Made by a program: the position numbers and the translations under genes | Notes under the pieces: model-generated | Database searches by the model: none | What the model was told of the DNA's origin: nothing | What the model saw: the letters and a program-made list of their open reading frames with translations, nothing else | In this document: positions 28,780 to 43,549 of the stretch, piece after piece | Layout: the number at the start of each line of letters is the position of its first letter | Numbering within the stretch: position 1 is the stretch's first letter | From: Eledone cirrhosa | Taxonomy: Eukaryota | NCBI GenBank assembly: GCA_964016885.1 | Contig: OZ024741.1 | Coordinates: 260,338,001 to 260,402,000 of the forward strand | Length of the DNA stretch: 64,000 nucleotides | Direction: 5' to 3'

Positions 28780-31700
28780 TTCGACTTACGAATGTTTTGA
28801 CTTACGGGTGTTTCGGCTTACGGGTGTTTCGACTTACGAGGGTTTCGACTTATGAGTGTTTCGACTTACGAGTGTTCTGACTTACGATTGTTCTGACTTA
28901 CGAGTGTTCCGACTTACGAGTGTTTCGGTTTACGAGTGTTTCGACATACGAGTGTTTTGACTTAATGGGTGTTTCGACTTACGGGTGTTTCGACTTACGA
29001 GTGTTTCGGCTTACGAGTGTTTCGACTTACTAATGTTTTTACTTACGAGTGTTTCGGTGTACGAATGTTTTGACTTAAGGATGTTTCGACTTACGAGTGT
29101 TTCGACTTACGAGTGTTTCGGCTTACGTGAGTTTCGACTTAAGAGTGTTCTGATTTACGAGTGTTCTGACTTGCGGGTGTTCTGATTTACGAGTCTTCCG
29201 ACTTACGAGTGTTTCGGCTTATGAGTGTTTCGACTTACGAGTGTTTCGGCTTACGAGTGTTTCGGCTTATGGGTGTTTCGACTTACGAGTGTTTTTACTC
29301 ACGGTGTTTCGGCTTACGAGTGTTTCGACATACGAGTGTTTTGACTTACGGGTGTTTCGGCTTACGAGTGTTTCGACTTACGAGTGTTTCGGCTTACGAG
29401 TGTTTCGACTTACTAATGTTTTTACTTACGAGTGTTTCGGCGTACGAGAGTTTTGACTTACGAGTGTTTCGACTTACGAGTGTTTTGACTTAAGAATGTT
29501 TTGACTTACGGGTGTTTCGGCTTATGAGTGTTTCGACTTACGAGTCTTTCGGCTTACGAGTGTTTCGACTTACTAATGTTTTTACTTACGAGTGTTTCGG
29601 CGTACGAGTGTTTCGACTTACGAGTGTTTCGACTTACGGGTGTTTTGACTTACGGGTGTTTCGGCTTAGGAGTGTTTCGACTTACGAGTGTTTTGACTTA
29701 AGGGTGTTTCGACTTACGAGTATTTTTGGCTTACGAGTGTTTCGACTTACGAGTGTTTTGACTTACGAATGTTCTGATTTACGGATGTTTCGACATACGA
29801 GTGTTTCGACTTACGAGTGTTTCGACTTATGAGTGTTTCGACTTACGAGTGTTTCGGCTTACGAGTGTTTCGACTTACGAGTGTTTTGACTTACGGTGTT
29901 TCGGCTTACGAGTGTTTCGACTTACGAGTGTTTTGACTTACGGGTGTTTTGACATACGAGTGTTTCGATACGAGTGTTCTGACTTACGAGTGTTCTGACT
30001 TACGAGTGTTTTGACTTACGAGTGTTCTGACTTACGAGTGTTCCGACTTACGAGTGTTCCGACTTACGAGTGTTTCGGCTTACGAGTGTTTCCGGCTTAC
30101 GAGTGTTTCGACTTCCGAGTGTTTTGACTTACGGTGTTTCGGCTTACGAGTGATTCGACTTACGAGTGTTTTGACTTACGGGTGATTTGACTTACGGGTG
30201 TTGTGAATTACGAGTGTTCCGATTTACGAGTGTTTTGACTTACGGTGTTTCGGCTTACGAGTGATTCGACTTACGAATGTTTTGACTTACGGGTGTTTCG
30301 GCTTGCGAGTGTTTCGACTTACGAGTGTTTCGGCTTATGGGTGTTTTGACTTACGAGTGTTTCGGCTTACGTGAGTTTCGACTTAAGAGTGTTCTGATTT
30401 ACGAGTGTTCTGACTTGCGGGTGTTCTGATTTACGAGTGTTCCGACTTACGAGTGTTTCGGCTTATTAGTGTTTCGACTTACGAGTGTTTCGGCTTACGA
30501 GTGTTTCGACTTATGGGTGTTTCGACTTACGAGTGTTTTTACTTACGGTGTTTCGGCTTACGAGTGTTTCGACATACGAGTGTTTTGACTTACGGGTGTT
30601 TCGACTTACGAGTGTTTTGACTTACGAATGTTTTGACTTACGGGTGTTTCGGCTTACGAGTGTTTCGACTTACGAGTGTTTCGGCTTACGAGTGTTTCGA
30701 CTTACTAATGTTCTTACTTACGAGTGTTTCGGCGTACGAGAGTTTTGACTTACGAGTGTTTCGACTTACGAGTGTTTCGACTTACGAGTGTTTCGACTTA
30801 CGAGTGTTTTGACTTACGAATGTTTTGACTTACGGGTGTTTCGGCTTACGAGTGTTTCGACTTACGAGTCTTTCGGCTTACGAGTGTTTCGACTTACTAA
30901 TGTTTTTACTTACGAGTGTTTCGGCGTACGAGTGTTTCGACTTACGAGTGTTTCGACTTACGGGTGTTTTGACTTACGGGTGTTTCGGCTTACGAGTGTT
31001 TTGACTTACGAGTGTTTTGACTTAAGGGTGTTTCGACTTACGAGTATTTCTGGCTTACGAGTGTTTCGACTTACGAGTGTTTTGACTTACGAGTGTTCTG
31101 ATTTACGGATGTTTCGACATACGAGTGTTTCGACTTACGAGTGTTTCGGCTTATGAGTGTTTCGACTTACGAGTGCTTCGGCTTACGAGTGTTTCGACTT
31201 ACGAGTATTTCGGCTTCCGAGTGTTTCGACGTACGAATGTTTTGGCTTACGAGTGTTTCGGCTTATGAGTGTTTCGGCTTACGTGTGTTTCGACTTACGA
31301 GTGTTTCGACTTACGACTGTTTCGGCTTACCAGTGTATCGGCTTACGAGTGTTTCGGCTTACGAGTGTTTTGACTTACGAGTGTTTTGACTTACGATTGT
31401 TTGGCTTACGAGTGTTCTGACTTACGGGTGTTCTGACTTACGAGTGTTCCGACTTACGAGTGTTTCGGCTTATGAGGGTTTCGACTTACGAGTGCTTCGG
31501 CTTACGAGTGTTTCGACTTACGAGTGTTTCGGCTTACGAGTGTTTCGACTTACGAGTGTTTCGACTTACGAGTGTTTTGACTTACGGTGTTTCGGCTTAC
31601 GAGTGTTTCGACATACGAGTGTTTTGACGTACGGGTGTTTCGACTTAAGGGTCTTTCGACTTAAGAGTGTTTCGACTTGCGAGTGTTTCGGCTTATGAGG

Positions 31701-34700
31701 GTTTCGACTTACGAGTGCTTCGGCTTACGAGTGTTCTGACTTACGGGTGTTCTGACTTACGAGTGTTCCGACTTACGAGTGTTTCGGCTTATGAGGGTTT
31801 CGACTTACGAGTGCTTCGGCTTACGAGTGTTTCGACTTACGAGTGTTATGACTTACGGGTGTTTTGACATACGAGTGTTTCGACTTACGAGTGTTTTGAC
31901 TTACGGGTGTTTTGACATACGAGTGTTTCGATACGAGTGTTCTGACTTACGAGTGTTCTGACTTACGAGTGTTCTGACTTACGAGTGTTTCGACATACGA
32001 GTGTTTTGACTTACGGGTGTTTCGACTTACGAATGTTTTGACTTACGAATGTTTTGACTTACGGGTGTTTCGGCTTACGAGTGTTTCGACTTACGAGTGT
32101 TTCGGCTTACGAGTGTTTCGACTTACTAATGTTTTTACTTACGAGTGTTTCGGCGTACGAGAGTTTTGACTTACGAGTGTTTCGACTTACGAGTGTTTCG
32201 ACTTACGAGTATTTTGACTTACGAATGTTTTGACTTACGGGTGTTTCGGCTTACGAGTGTTTCGACTTACGAGTCTTTCGGCTTACGAGTGTTTTGACTT
32301 ACGAGTGTTTTGACTTAAGGGTGTTTCGACTTACGAGTATTTTTGGCTTACGAGTGTTTCGACTTACGAGTGTTTTGACTTACGAGTGTTCTGATTTACG
32401 GATGTTTCGACATACGAGTGTTTCGACTTACGAGTGTTTCGACTTATGAGTGTTTCGACTTACGAGTGTTTCGACTTACGAGTGTTTCGGCTTATGATTG
32501 TTTCGACTTACGAGTGTTTTGACTTACGGTGTTTCAGCTTACGAGTGTTTCGACTTACGAGTGTTTTGACTTACGGGTGTTTTGACATACGAGTGTTTCG
32601 ATACGAGTGTTCTGACTTACGAGTGTTCTGACTTACGAGTGTTTTGACTTACGAGTGTTCTGACTTACGAGTGTTCCGACTTACGAGTGTTCCGACTTAC
32701 GAGTGTTCCGACTTACGAGTGTTTCGACTTACGAGTGTTTCGACTTTCGAGTGTTTTGACTTACGGTGTTTCGGCTTGCGAGTGTTTCGACTTACGAGTG
32801 TTTCGGCTTATGAGTGTTTCGACTTACTAATGTTTTTACTTACGAGTGTTTCGGCGTTCGAGTGTTTTGAATACGAGTGTTTCGACTTACGAGTGTTTTG
32901 ACTTACGAATGTTTTGACTTACGGGTGTTTCGGCTTACGGGTGTTTCGACTTACGAGGGTTTCGACTTATGAGTGTTTCGACTTACGAGTGTTCTGACTT
33001 ACGATTGTTCTGACTTACGAGTGTTCCGACTTACGAGTGTTTCGGTTTACGAGTGTTTCGACATACGAGTGTTTTGACTTACGGGTGTTTCGACTTACGG
33101 GTGTTTCGACTTACGAGTGTTTCGGCTTACGAGTGTTTCGACTTACTAATGTTTTTACTTACGAGTGTTTCGGTGTACGAATGTTTTGACTTAAGGATGT
33201 TTCGACTTACGAGTGTTTCGACTTACGAGTGTTTCGGCTTACGTGAGTTTCGACTTAAGAGTGTTCTGATTTACGAGTGTTCTGACTTGCGGGTGTTCTG
33301 ATTTACGAGTCTTCCGACTTACGAGTGTTTCGGCTTATGAGTGTTTCGACTTACGAGTGTTTCGGCTTACGAGTGTTTCGACTTATGGGTGTTTCGACTT
33401 ACGAGTGTTTATACTCACGGTGTTTCGGCTTACGAGTGTTTCGACATACGAGTGTTTTGACTTACGGGTGTTTCGGCTTACGAGTGTTTCGACTTACGAG
33501 TGTTTCGGCTTACGAGTGTTTCGACTTACTAATGTTTTTACTTACGAGTGTTTCGGCGTACGAGAGTTTTGACTTACGAGTGTTTCGACTTACGAGTGTT
33601 TTGACTTACGGGTGTTTCGGCTTACGAGTGTTTCGACTTACGAGTGTTTTGACTTAAGGGTGTTTCGACTTACGAGTATTTTTGGCTTACGAGTGTTTCG
33701 ACTTACGAGTGTTTTGACTTACGAATGTTCTGATTTACGGATGTTTCGACATACGAGTGTTTCGACTTACGAGTGTTTCGACTTATGAGTGTTTCGACTT
33801 ACGAGTGTTTCGGCTTACGAGTGTTTCGACTTACGAGTGTTTTGACTTACGGTGTTTCGGCTTACGAGTGTTTCGACTTACGAGTGTTTTGACTTACGGG
33901 TGTTTTGACATACGAGTGTTTCGATACGAGTGTTCTGACTTACGAGTGTTTTGACTTACGAGTGTTCTGACTTACGAGTGTTCCGACTTACGAGTGTTCC
34001 GACTTACGAGTGTTTCGGCTTACGAGTGTTTCCGGCTTACGAGTGTTTCGACTTCCGAGTGTTTTGACTTACGGTGTTTCGGCTTACGAGTGATTCGACT
34101 TACGAGTGTTTTGACTTACGGGTGATTTGACTTACGGGTGTTGTGAATTACGAGTGTTCCGATTTACGAGTGTTTTGACTTACGGTGTTTCGGCTTACGA
34201 GTGATTCGACTTACGAATGTTTTGACTTACGGGTGTTTCGGCTTGCGAGTGTTTCGACTTACGAGTGTTTCGGCTTATGGGTGTTTCGACTTACGAGTGT
34301 TTCGGCTTACGTGAGTTTCGACTTAAGAGTGTTCTGATTTACGAGTGTTCTGACTTGCGGGTGTTCTGATTTACGAGTGTTCCGACTTACGAGTGTTTCG
34401 GCTTATTAGTGTTTCGACTTACGAGTGTTTCGGCTTACGAGTGTTTCGACTTATGGGTGTTTCGACTTACGAGTGTTTTTACTTACGGTGTTTCGGCTTA
34501 CGAGTGTTTCGACATACGAGTGTTTTGACTTACGGGTGTTTCGACTTACGAGTGTTTTGACTTACGAATGTTTTGACTTACGGGTGTTTCGGCTTACGAG
34601 TGTTTCGACTTACGAGTGTTTCGGCTTACGAGTGTTTCGACTTACTAATGTTCTTACTTACGAGTGTTTCGGCGTACGAGAGTTTTGACTTACGAGTGTT

Positions 34701-36760
34701 TCGACTTACGAGTGTTTCGACTTACGAGTGTTTTGACTTACGAATGTTTTGACTTACGGGTGTTTCGGCTTACGAGTGTTTCGACTTACGAGTCTTTCGG
34801 CTTACGAGTGTTTCGACTTACTAATGTTTTTACTTACGAGTGTTTCGGCGTACGAGTGTTTCGACTTACGAGTGTTTCGACTTACGGGTGTTTTGACTTA
34901 CGGGTGTTTCGGCTTACGAGTGTTTTGACTTACGAGTGTTTTGACTTAAGGGTGTTTCGACTTACGAGTATTTCTGGCTTACGAGTGTTTCGACTTACGA
35001 GTGTTTTGACTTACGAGTGTTCTGATTTACGGATGTTTCGACATACGAGTGTTTCGACTTACGAGTGTTTCGTCTTATGAGTGTTTCGACTTACGAGTGC
35101 TTCGGCTTACGAGTGTTTCGACTTACGAGTATTTCGGCTTACGAGTGATTCGACGTACGAATGTTTTGGCTTACGATTATTTCGGCTTATGAGTGTTTCG
35201 GCTTACGTGTGTTTCGACTTACGAGTGTTTCGACTTACGACTGTTTCGGCTTACCAGTGTATCGGCTTACGAGTGTTTCGGCTTACGAGTGTTTTGACTT
35301 ACGAGTGTTTTGACTTACGATTGTTTGGCTTACGAGTGTTCTGACTTACGGGTGTTCTGACTTACGAGTGTTCCGACTTACGAGTGTTTCGGCTTATGAG
35401 GGTTTCGACTTACGAGTGCTTCGGCTTACGAGTGTTTCGACTTACGAGTGTTTCGACTTACGAGTGTTTTGACTTACGGTATTTCGGCTTACGAGTGTTT
35501 CGACATACGAGTGTTTTGACATACGAGTGTTTCGATACGAGTGTTCTGACTTACGAGTGTTCTGACTTACGAGTGTTCTGACTTACGAGTGTTTCGACAT
35601 ACGAGTGTTTTGACTTACGGGTGTTTCGACTTACGAGTGTTTTTACTTACGAATGTTTTGACTTACGGGTGTTTCGGCTTACGAGTGTTTCGACTTACGA
35701 GTGTTTCGGCTTACGAGTGTTTCGACTTACTAATGTTTTTACTTACGAGTGTTTCGGCGTACGAGAGTTTTGACTTACGAGTGTTTCGACTTACGAGTGT
35801 TTCGACTTACGAGTATTTTGACTTACGAATGTTTTGACTTACGGGTGTTTCGGCTTACGATTGTTTCGACTTACGAGTCTTTCGGCTTACGAGTGTTTTG
35901 ACTTACGAGTGTTTTGACTTAAGGGTGTTTCGACTTACGAGTATTTTTGGCTTACGAGTGTTTCGACTTACGAGTGTTTTGACTTACGAGTGTTCTGATT
36001 TACGGATGTTTCGACATACGAGTGTTTCAACTTACGAGTGTTTCGACTTATGAGTGTTTCGACTTACGAGTGTTTCGACTTACGAGTGTTTCGGCTTATG
36101 ATTGTTTCGACTTACGAGTGTTTTGACTTACGGTGTTTCAGCTTACGAGTGTTTCGACTTACGAGTGTTTTGACTTACGGTTGTTTTGACATACGAGTGT
36201 TTCGATACGAGTGTTCTGACTTACGAGTGTTCTGACTTACGAGTGTTTTGACTTACGAGTGTTCTGACTTACGAGTGTTCCGACTTACGAGTGTTCCGAC
36301 TTACGAGTGTTTCGGCTTACGAGTGTTTCGACTTACGAGTGTTTCGACTTTCGAGTGTTTTGACTTACGGTGTTTCGGCTTGCGAGTGTTTCGACTTACG
36401 AGTGTTTCGGCGTATGAGTGTTTCGACTTACTAATGTTTTTACTTACGAGTGTTTCGGCTTTCGAGTGTTTTGACTTACGAGTGTTTTGACTTACGGGTG
36501 TTGTGAATTACCTGTGTTCCGATGTACGAGTGTTTTGACTTACGGTGTTTCGGCTTGCGAGTGTTTCGACTTACGAGTGTTTCGGCTTATGAGTGTTTCG
36601 ACTTACTAATGTTTTTACTTACGAGTGTTTCGGCGTTCGAGTGTTTTGACTTACGAGTGTTTCGACTTACGAGTGTTTTGACTTACGAATGTTTTGACTT
36701 ACGGGTGTTTCGGCTTACGGGTGTTTCGACTTACGAGTGTTTCGACTTATGAGTGTTTCG
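28780..36760. repeat. Tandem pair of diverged HOR units of about 3.6-4.1 kb
   Basis: ORF pairs 29209/33325, 29801/33757, 30485/34425, 31157/35081, 32434/36038. Shared rare variants ACTCACGGTG (~29297/~33413) and GAGTCTTCCG (~29191/~33307). Confidence 0.8.
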
Positions 36761-39700
36761 ACTTACGAGTGTTCTGACTTGCGGGTGTTCTGATTTACGA
36801 GTGTTCCGACTTACGAGTGTTTCGGCTTATGAGTGTTTCGACTTACGAGTGTTTCGGCTTACGAGTGTTTCGACTTATGGGTGTTTCGACTTACGAGTGT
36901 TTTTACTAACGGTGTTTCGGCTTACGAGTGTTTCGACATACGAGTGTTTTGACTTACGGGTGTTTCGGCTTACGAGTGTTTCGACTTACGAGTGTTTCGG
37001 CTTACGAGTGTTTCGACTTACTAATGTTTTTACTTACGAATGTTTCGGCGTACGAGAGTTTTGACTTACGAGTGTTTCGACTTACGAGTGTTTTGACTTA
37101 CGAATGTTTTGACTTACGGGTGTTTCGGCTTATGAGTGTTTCGACTTACGAGTCTTTCGGCTTACGAGTGTTTCGAATTACTAATGTTTTTACTTACGAG
37201 TGTTTCGGCGTACGAGTGTTTCGACTTACGAGTGTTTCGACTTACGGGTGTTTTGACTTACGGGTGTTTCGGCTTACGAGTGTTTCGACTTACGAGTGTT
37301 TTGACTTACGAGTGTTCTGATTTACGGATGTTTCGACATACGAGTGTTTCGACTTACGAGTGTTTCGACTTATGAGTGTTTCGACTTACGAGTGTTTCGG
37401 CTTACGAGTGTTTCGACTTACGAGTGTTTTGACTTACGGTGTTTCGGCTTACGAGTGTTTCGATTTACGAGTGTTTTGACTTACGGGTGTTTTGACATAC
37501 GAGTGTTTCGATACGAGTGTTCTGACTTACGAGTGTTCTGACTTACGAGTGTTTTGACTTACGAGTGTTCTGACTTACGAGTGTTCCGACTTACGAGTGT
37601 TCCGACTTACGAGTGTTTCGGCTTACGAGTGTTTTCGGCTTACGAGTGTTTCGACTTCCGAGTGTTTTGACTTACGGTGTTTCGGCTTACGAGTGATTCG
37701 ACTTACGAATGTTTTGACTTACGGGTGATTTGACTTACGGGTGTTGTGAATTACGAGTGTTCCGATTTACGAGTGTTTTGACTTACGGTGTTTCGGCTTA
37801 CGAGTGATTCGACTAACGAATGTTTTGACTTATGGGTGTTTCGGCTTGCGAGTGTTTCGACATACGAGTGTTTCGGCTTATGGGTGTTTCGACTTACTAA
37901 TGTTTTTACTTACGAGTGTTTCGGCGTACGAGTGTTTTGACTTACGAGTGTTTCGACTTACGAGTGTTTCGACTTACGAGTGTTTCGGCTTACGTGAGTT
38001 TCGACTTAAGAGTGTTCTGATTTACGAGTGTTCTGACTTGCGGGTGTTCTGATTTACGAGTGTTCCGACTTACGAGTGTTTCGGCTTATTAGTGTTTCGA
38101 CTTACGAGTGTTTCGGCTTACGAGTGTTTCGACTTATGGGTGTTTCGACTTACGAGTGTTTTTACTTACGGTGTTTCGGCTTACGAGTGTTTCGACATAC
38201 GAGTGTTTTGACTTACGGGTGTTTCGACTTACGAGTGTTTTGACTTACGAATGTTTTGAATTACGGGTGTTTCGGCTTACGAGTGTTTCGACTTACGAGT
38301 GTTTCGGCTTACGAGTGTTTCGACTTACGAGTGTTTCGACTTACGAGTGTTTCGGCTTACGAGTGATTCGACTTACTAATGTTTTTACTTACGAGTGTTT
38401 CGGCTTACGAGTGTTTCGACTTACGAGTGTTTCGACTTACGAGTGTTTCGGCTTACGAGTGATTCGACTTACTAATGTTTTTACTTACGAGTGTTTCCGC
38501 GTACGAGAGTTTTGACTTACGGGTGTTTCGGCTTACGAGTGTTTCGACTTACGAGTCTTTCGGCTTACGAGTGTTTTGAATTACGAGTGTTTTGACTTAA
38601 GGATGTTTCGACTTACGAGTATTTTTGGCTTTCGAGTGTTTCGACTTACGAGTGTTTTGACTTACGAGTGTTCTGATTTACGGATTTTTCGACATACGAG
38701 TGTTTCGACTTACGAGTGTTTCGACTTATGAGTGTTTCGACTTACGAGTGTTTCGACTTACGAGTGTTTCGGCTTATGATTGTTTCGACTTACGAGTGTT
38801 TTGGCTTACGAGTGTTTCCGGCTTACGAGTGTTTCGACTTACGAGGGTTTTGACTTACGGTGTTTCGGCTTACGAGTGATTCGACTTACGAATGTTTTGA
38901 CTTACGGGTGTTTCGGCTTGCGAGTGTTTCGACTTACGAGTGTTTCGGCTTATGAGTGTTTCGACTTACTAATGTTTTTACTTACAAGTGTTCTGACTTA
39001 CGAGTGTTCCGACTTACGAGTGTTCCCACTTACGAGTGTTTCGGCTTACGAGTGTTTCCGGCTTACGAGTGTTTCGACTTACGAGTGTTTCGACTTAAGA
39101 GTGTTTTGACTTACGGTGTTTCGACTTACGAGTGATTCGACTTACGAGTGTTTTGACTTACGGGTGTTTTGACTTACGGGTGTTGTGAATTACGAGTGTT
39201 CCGATTTACGAGTGTTTTGACTTACGGTGTTTCGGCTTACGAGTGATTCGACTTACGAGTGTTTCGGCTTATGAGTGTTTTGACTTACTACTGTTTTTAC
39301 TTACGAGTGTTTCGGCGTACGAGTGTTTTGACTTACGAGTGTTTCGACTTACGAGTGTTTCGACTTACGAGTGTTTCGGCTTACGTGAGTTTCGACTTAA
39401 GAGTGTTCTGATTTACGAGTGTTCTGACTTGCAGGTGTTCTGATTTACGAGTGTTCCGACTTACGAATGTTTCGTCTTATGAGTGTTTCGACTTACGAGT
39501 GTTTCGGCTTACGAGTGTTTCGACTTATGGGTGTCTCGACATACGAGTGTTTTGACTTACGGGTGTTTCGACTTACGAGTGTTTTGACTTACGGTGTTTC
39601 GACTTACGAGTGATTCGACTTACGAGTGTTTTGACTTACGGGTGTTTTGACTTACGGGTGTTGTGAATTACGAGTGTTCCGATTTACGAGTGTTTTGACT

Positions 39701-42121
39701 TACGGTGTTTCGGCTTACGAGTGATTCGACTTACGAATGTTTTGACTTACGGGTGTTTCGGCTTGCTAGTGTTTCGACTTACGAGTGTCTCGGCTTATGA
39801 GTGTTTTGACTTACTACTGTTTTTACTTACGAGTGTTTCGGCCTACGAGTGTTTTGACTTACGGGTGTTTTGACTTAAGGGTGTTTCGACTTACGAGTAT
39901 TTTTGGCTTACGAGTGTTTCGACTTACGAGTGTTTTGAATTACGAGTGTTCTGATTTACGGATGTTTCGACATACGAGTGTTTCGACTTACGAGTGTTTC
40001 GACTTATGAGTGTTTCGACTTACGAGTGTTTCGACTTACGAGTGTTTCGGCTTATGAGTGTTTCGACTTACGAGTGTTTTGACTTACGGTGTTTCGGCTT
40101 ACGAGTGTTTCGACTTACGAGTGTTTTGACTTACGGGTGTTTTGACATACGAGTGTTTCGATACGATTGTTCTGACTTACGAGTGTTCTGACTTACGAGT
40201 GTTTTGACTTACGAGTGTTCTGACTTACGAGTGTTCCGACTTACGAGTGTTCCGACTTACGAGTGTTTCGGCTTACGAGTGTTTCCGGCTTACGAGTGTT
40301 TCGACTTACGAGTGTTTTGACTTACGGTGTTTCGGCTTACGAGTGATTCGACTTACGAGTGTTTTGACTTACGGGTGTTTTGACTTACGGGTGTTGTGAA
40401 TTACGAGGGTTCCGATTTACGAGTGTTTCGGCTTATGAGTGTTTCGACTTACGAGTGTTTCGGCTTACGAGTGTTTCGACTTATGGGTGTTTCGACTTAC
40501 GAGTGTTTTTACTTACGGTGTTTCGGCTTACGAGTGTTTCGACATACGAGTGTTCAGACTTACGAGTGTTCCGACTTACGAGCGTTCCGACTTACGAGTG
40601 CTTCGACTTACGAGTGTTAAGACTTACGGGTGTTTTGACATACGAGTGTTTCGATACGAGTGTTTCGACTTACGAGTGTTACGAGTGTTCTGACTTACGA
40701 GTGTTCTGACTTACGAGTGTTCTGACTTACGAGTGTTCTGACTTACGAGCGTTCTGACTTACGAGTGTTCCGACTTACGAGTGTTTCGGCTTCGAGTGTT
40801 TCGACTTACGAGTGTTCTGACTTACGAGTGTTCCGACTTACGAGCGTTCCGACTTACGAGTGTTTTGACTTACGGTGTTTCTGCTTACGAGTGTTTCGAC
40901 TTACGAGTGTTAAGACTTACGGGTGTTTTGACATACGAGTGTTTCGATACGAGTGTTTCGACTTACGAGTGTTACGAGTGTTCTGACTTACGAGTGTTTC
41001 GACTTACGAGTGTTCTGACCTACAAGTGTTCTGACTTACGAGTGTTTCGACTTACGACTGTTTTTTTCACTTACGGGTGTTTCGACTTACGCGTGTTTCG
41101 ATTTACGAGTGTTTAGACTTACGAGTGTTTCGACTACGAATGTTCCGACTTACGAGTGTTTCTACTTACGAGTGTTTCGACTTACGGGTGTTCTGACTTA
41201 CGAGTGTTTCGGCTTACGATTGTTTCAAGTTACGAGTGTTTCGGTTTACGAGTGTTTCGACTTACGGGTGTTTTGACTTACGGTGTTTCGGCTTACGAGT
41301 GTTTTGACTTACGAGTGTTTTGACTTACGGGTGTTTTGACATACGAGTGTTTCGATACGAGTGTTCTGACTTACGAGTGTTCTGACTTACGAGTGTTCTG
41401 ACTTACGAGTGTTCTGACTTACGAGTGGTCTGACTTACGGGTGTTCTGACTTACGAGTGTTCCGACTTACGAGTGTTTCAGCTTATGAGTGTATCGACTT
41501 ACGAGTGCTTCGGTTTACGAGTGTTTCGACTTACGAGTGTTTTGACTTATGGTGTTTCGGCTTACGGGTGTTTCGACATACGAGTGTTTTGACTTACGGG
41601 TGTTTCGACTTACGGGTGTTTCGACGTAAGAGTGTTTCGACTTACGAGCGCTTCGACATACGAGTGTTTCGACTTACGAGTGTTTCGGCGTACGAGTGTT
41701 TTGACTTACGAGTGTTTCGACTTACGAGTGCTTTGAATTACGAATGTTTTGCATTACTTCGACTTACGAGTGATCTGACTTTCGAGTGTTCCTACTTACG
41801 AGTGTTTCGACATACGAGTGTTTCGACTTGCGAGTGTTTCGACTTACGAGTGTTTCGACTTACGAGTGTTCTGACTTACGAGTGTTCTGACTTACGAGTG
41901 TTCCGACTTACGAGTGTTTTGACTTACGAATGTTCTGACTTACGGGTGTTTCGCCTTACGAGTGTTTCGACTTACGAGTGTTTTAACTTACGGGTGTTTC
42001 GACTTACGCGTGATTCGACTTACGAGTGTTTCGACTTACGAGTGTTTCGACTTACGAATGTTCCGACTTACGAGTGTTTCTACTTACGAGTGTTTCGGCT
42101 TACGAGTGTTTCGACTTACGA

Positions 42122-42190
42122 AAATAACAAATAGACGCGGTTTCAAATATCTATGCTTTTCAAATTCATTACATTAATCTTTATTTATAC
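42122..42190. repeat. 69-bp AT-rich non-satellite element, copy 6
   Basis: Same element; shares the AAATATCT variant with copy 1. Confidence 0.95.
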
Positions 42191-43549
42191 GTTTCGCTGT
42201 ACGAGTGTTTCGGCGTATGAGTGTTTCGACTTACGAGTGTTTTAACTTACGGTTGTTTCGACTTACCCGTTTTGCGACTACGAATGTTTCGACTTACGAG
42301 TGTTTCGACTTACGAGTGTTTCGACTTACGAGTGCTTTGACTTACGAATGTTTTGACTTACTTCGACTTACGAGTGATCTGACTTACGAGTGTTCCTACT
42401 TACGAGTGTTTCGACTTACGAGTGTTTCGACTTGCGAGTGTTTCGACTTACGAGTGTTTCGGCTTACGAGTGTTTCGGTGTTTCGGCTTACGTGTGTTTC
42501 GACTTACGAGTGTTTCGACTTACAAGTGTTTCGGCTTATGAGTGTTTCGACTTACGAGTGCTTCGGCTTACGAGTGTTTCGACGTACGAGTATTTCGGCT
42601 TACGAGTGTTTCGACGTACGAATGTTTTGGCATACGAGTGTTTCGGCTTATGAGTGTTTCGGCTTACGAGTGTTTTGACTTATGAGTGTTTCGGCTTACG
42701 AGTGTTTCAGTGTTTCGGCTTACGTGTGTTTCGACTTACGAGTGTTTCGACTTACGACTGTTTCGGCTTACGAGTGTTTCGGCTTACGAGTGTTTCGGCT
42801 TACGAGTGTTTTGACTTACGAGTGTTTTGACTTACGATTGTTTGGCTTACGAGTGTTCTGACTTACGGGTGTTCTGACTTACGAGTGTTCCGACTTACGA
42901 GTGTTTCGGCTTATGAGAGTTTCGACTTACGAGTGCTTCGGCTTACGAGTGTTTCGACTTACGAGTGTTTCGGCTTACGAGTGTTTCGACTTCCGAGTGT
43001 TTTGACTTACGGTGTTTCGGCTTACGAGTGATTCGACTTACGAGTGTTTTGACTTACGGGTGATTTGACTTACGGGTTTTGTGAATTACGAGTGTTCCGA
43101 TTTACGAGTGTTTTGACTTACGGTGTTTCGGCTTACGAGTGATTCGACTTACGAATGTTTTGACTTACGGGTGTTTCGGCTTGCGAGTGTTTCGACTTAC
43201 GAGTGTTTCGACTTACGAGTGTTTCGGCTTACGTGAGTTTCGACTTAAGAGTGTTCTGATTTACGAGTGTTCTGACTTGCGGGTGTTCTGATTTACGAGT
43301 GTTCCGACTTACGAGTGTTTCGGCTTATTAGTGTTTCGACTTACGAGTGTTTCGGCTTACGAGTGTTTCGACTTATGGGTGTTTCGACTTACGAGTGTTT
43401 TTACTAACGGTGTTTCGGCTTACGAGTGTTTCGACATACGAGTGTTTTGACTTACTGGTGTTTCGACTTACGAGTGTTTTGACTTACGAATGTTTTGACT
43501 TACGGGTGTTTCGGCTTACGAGTGTTTCGACTTACGAGTGTTTCGGCTT

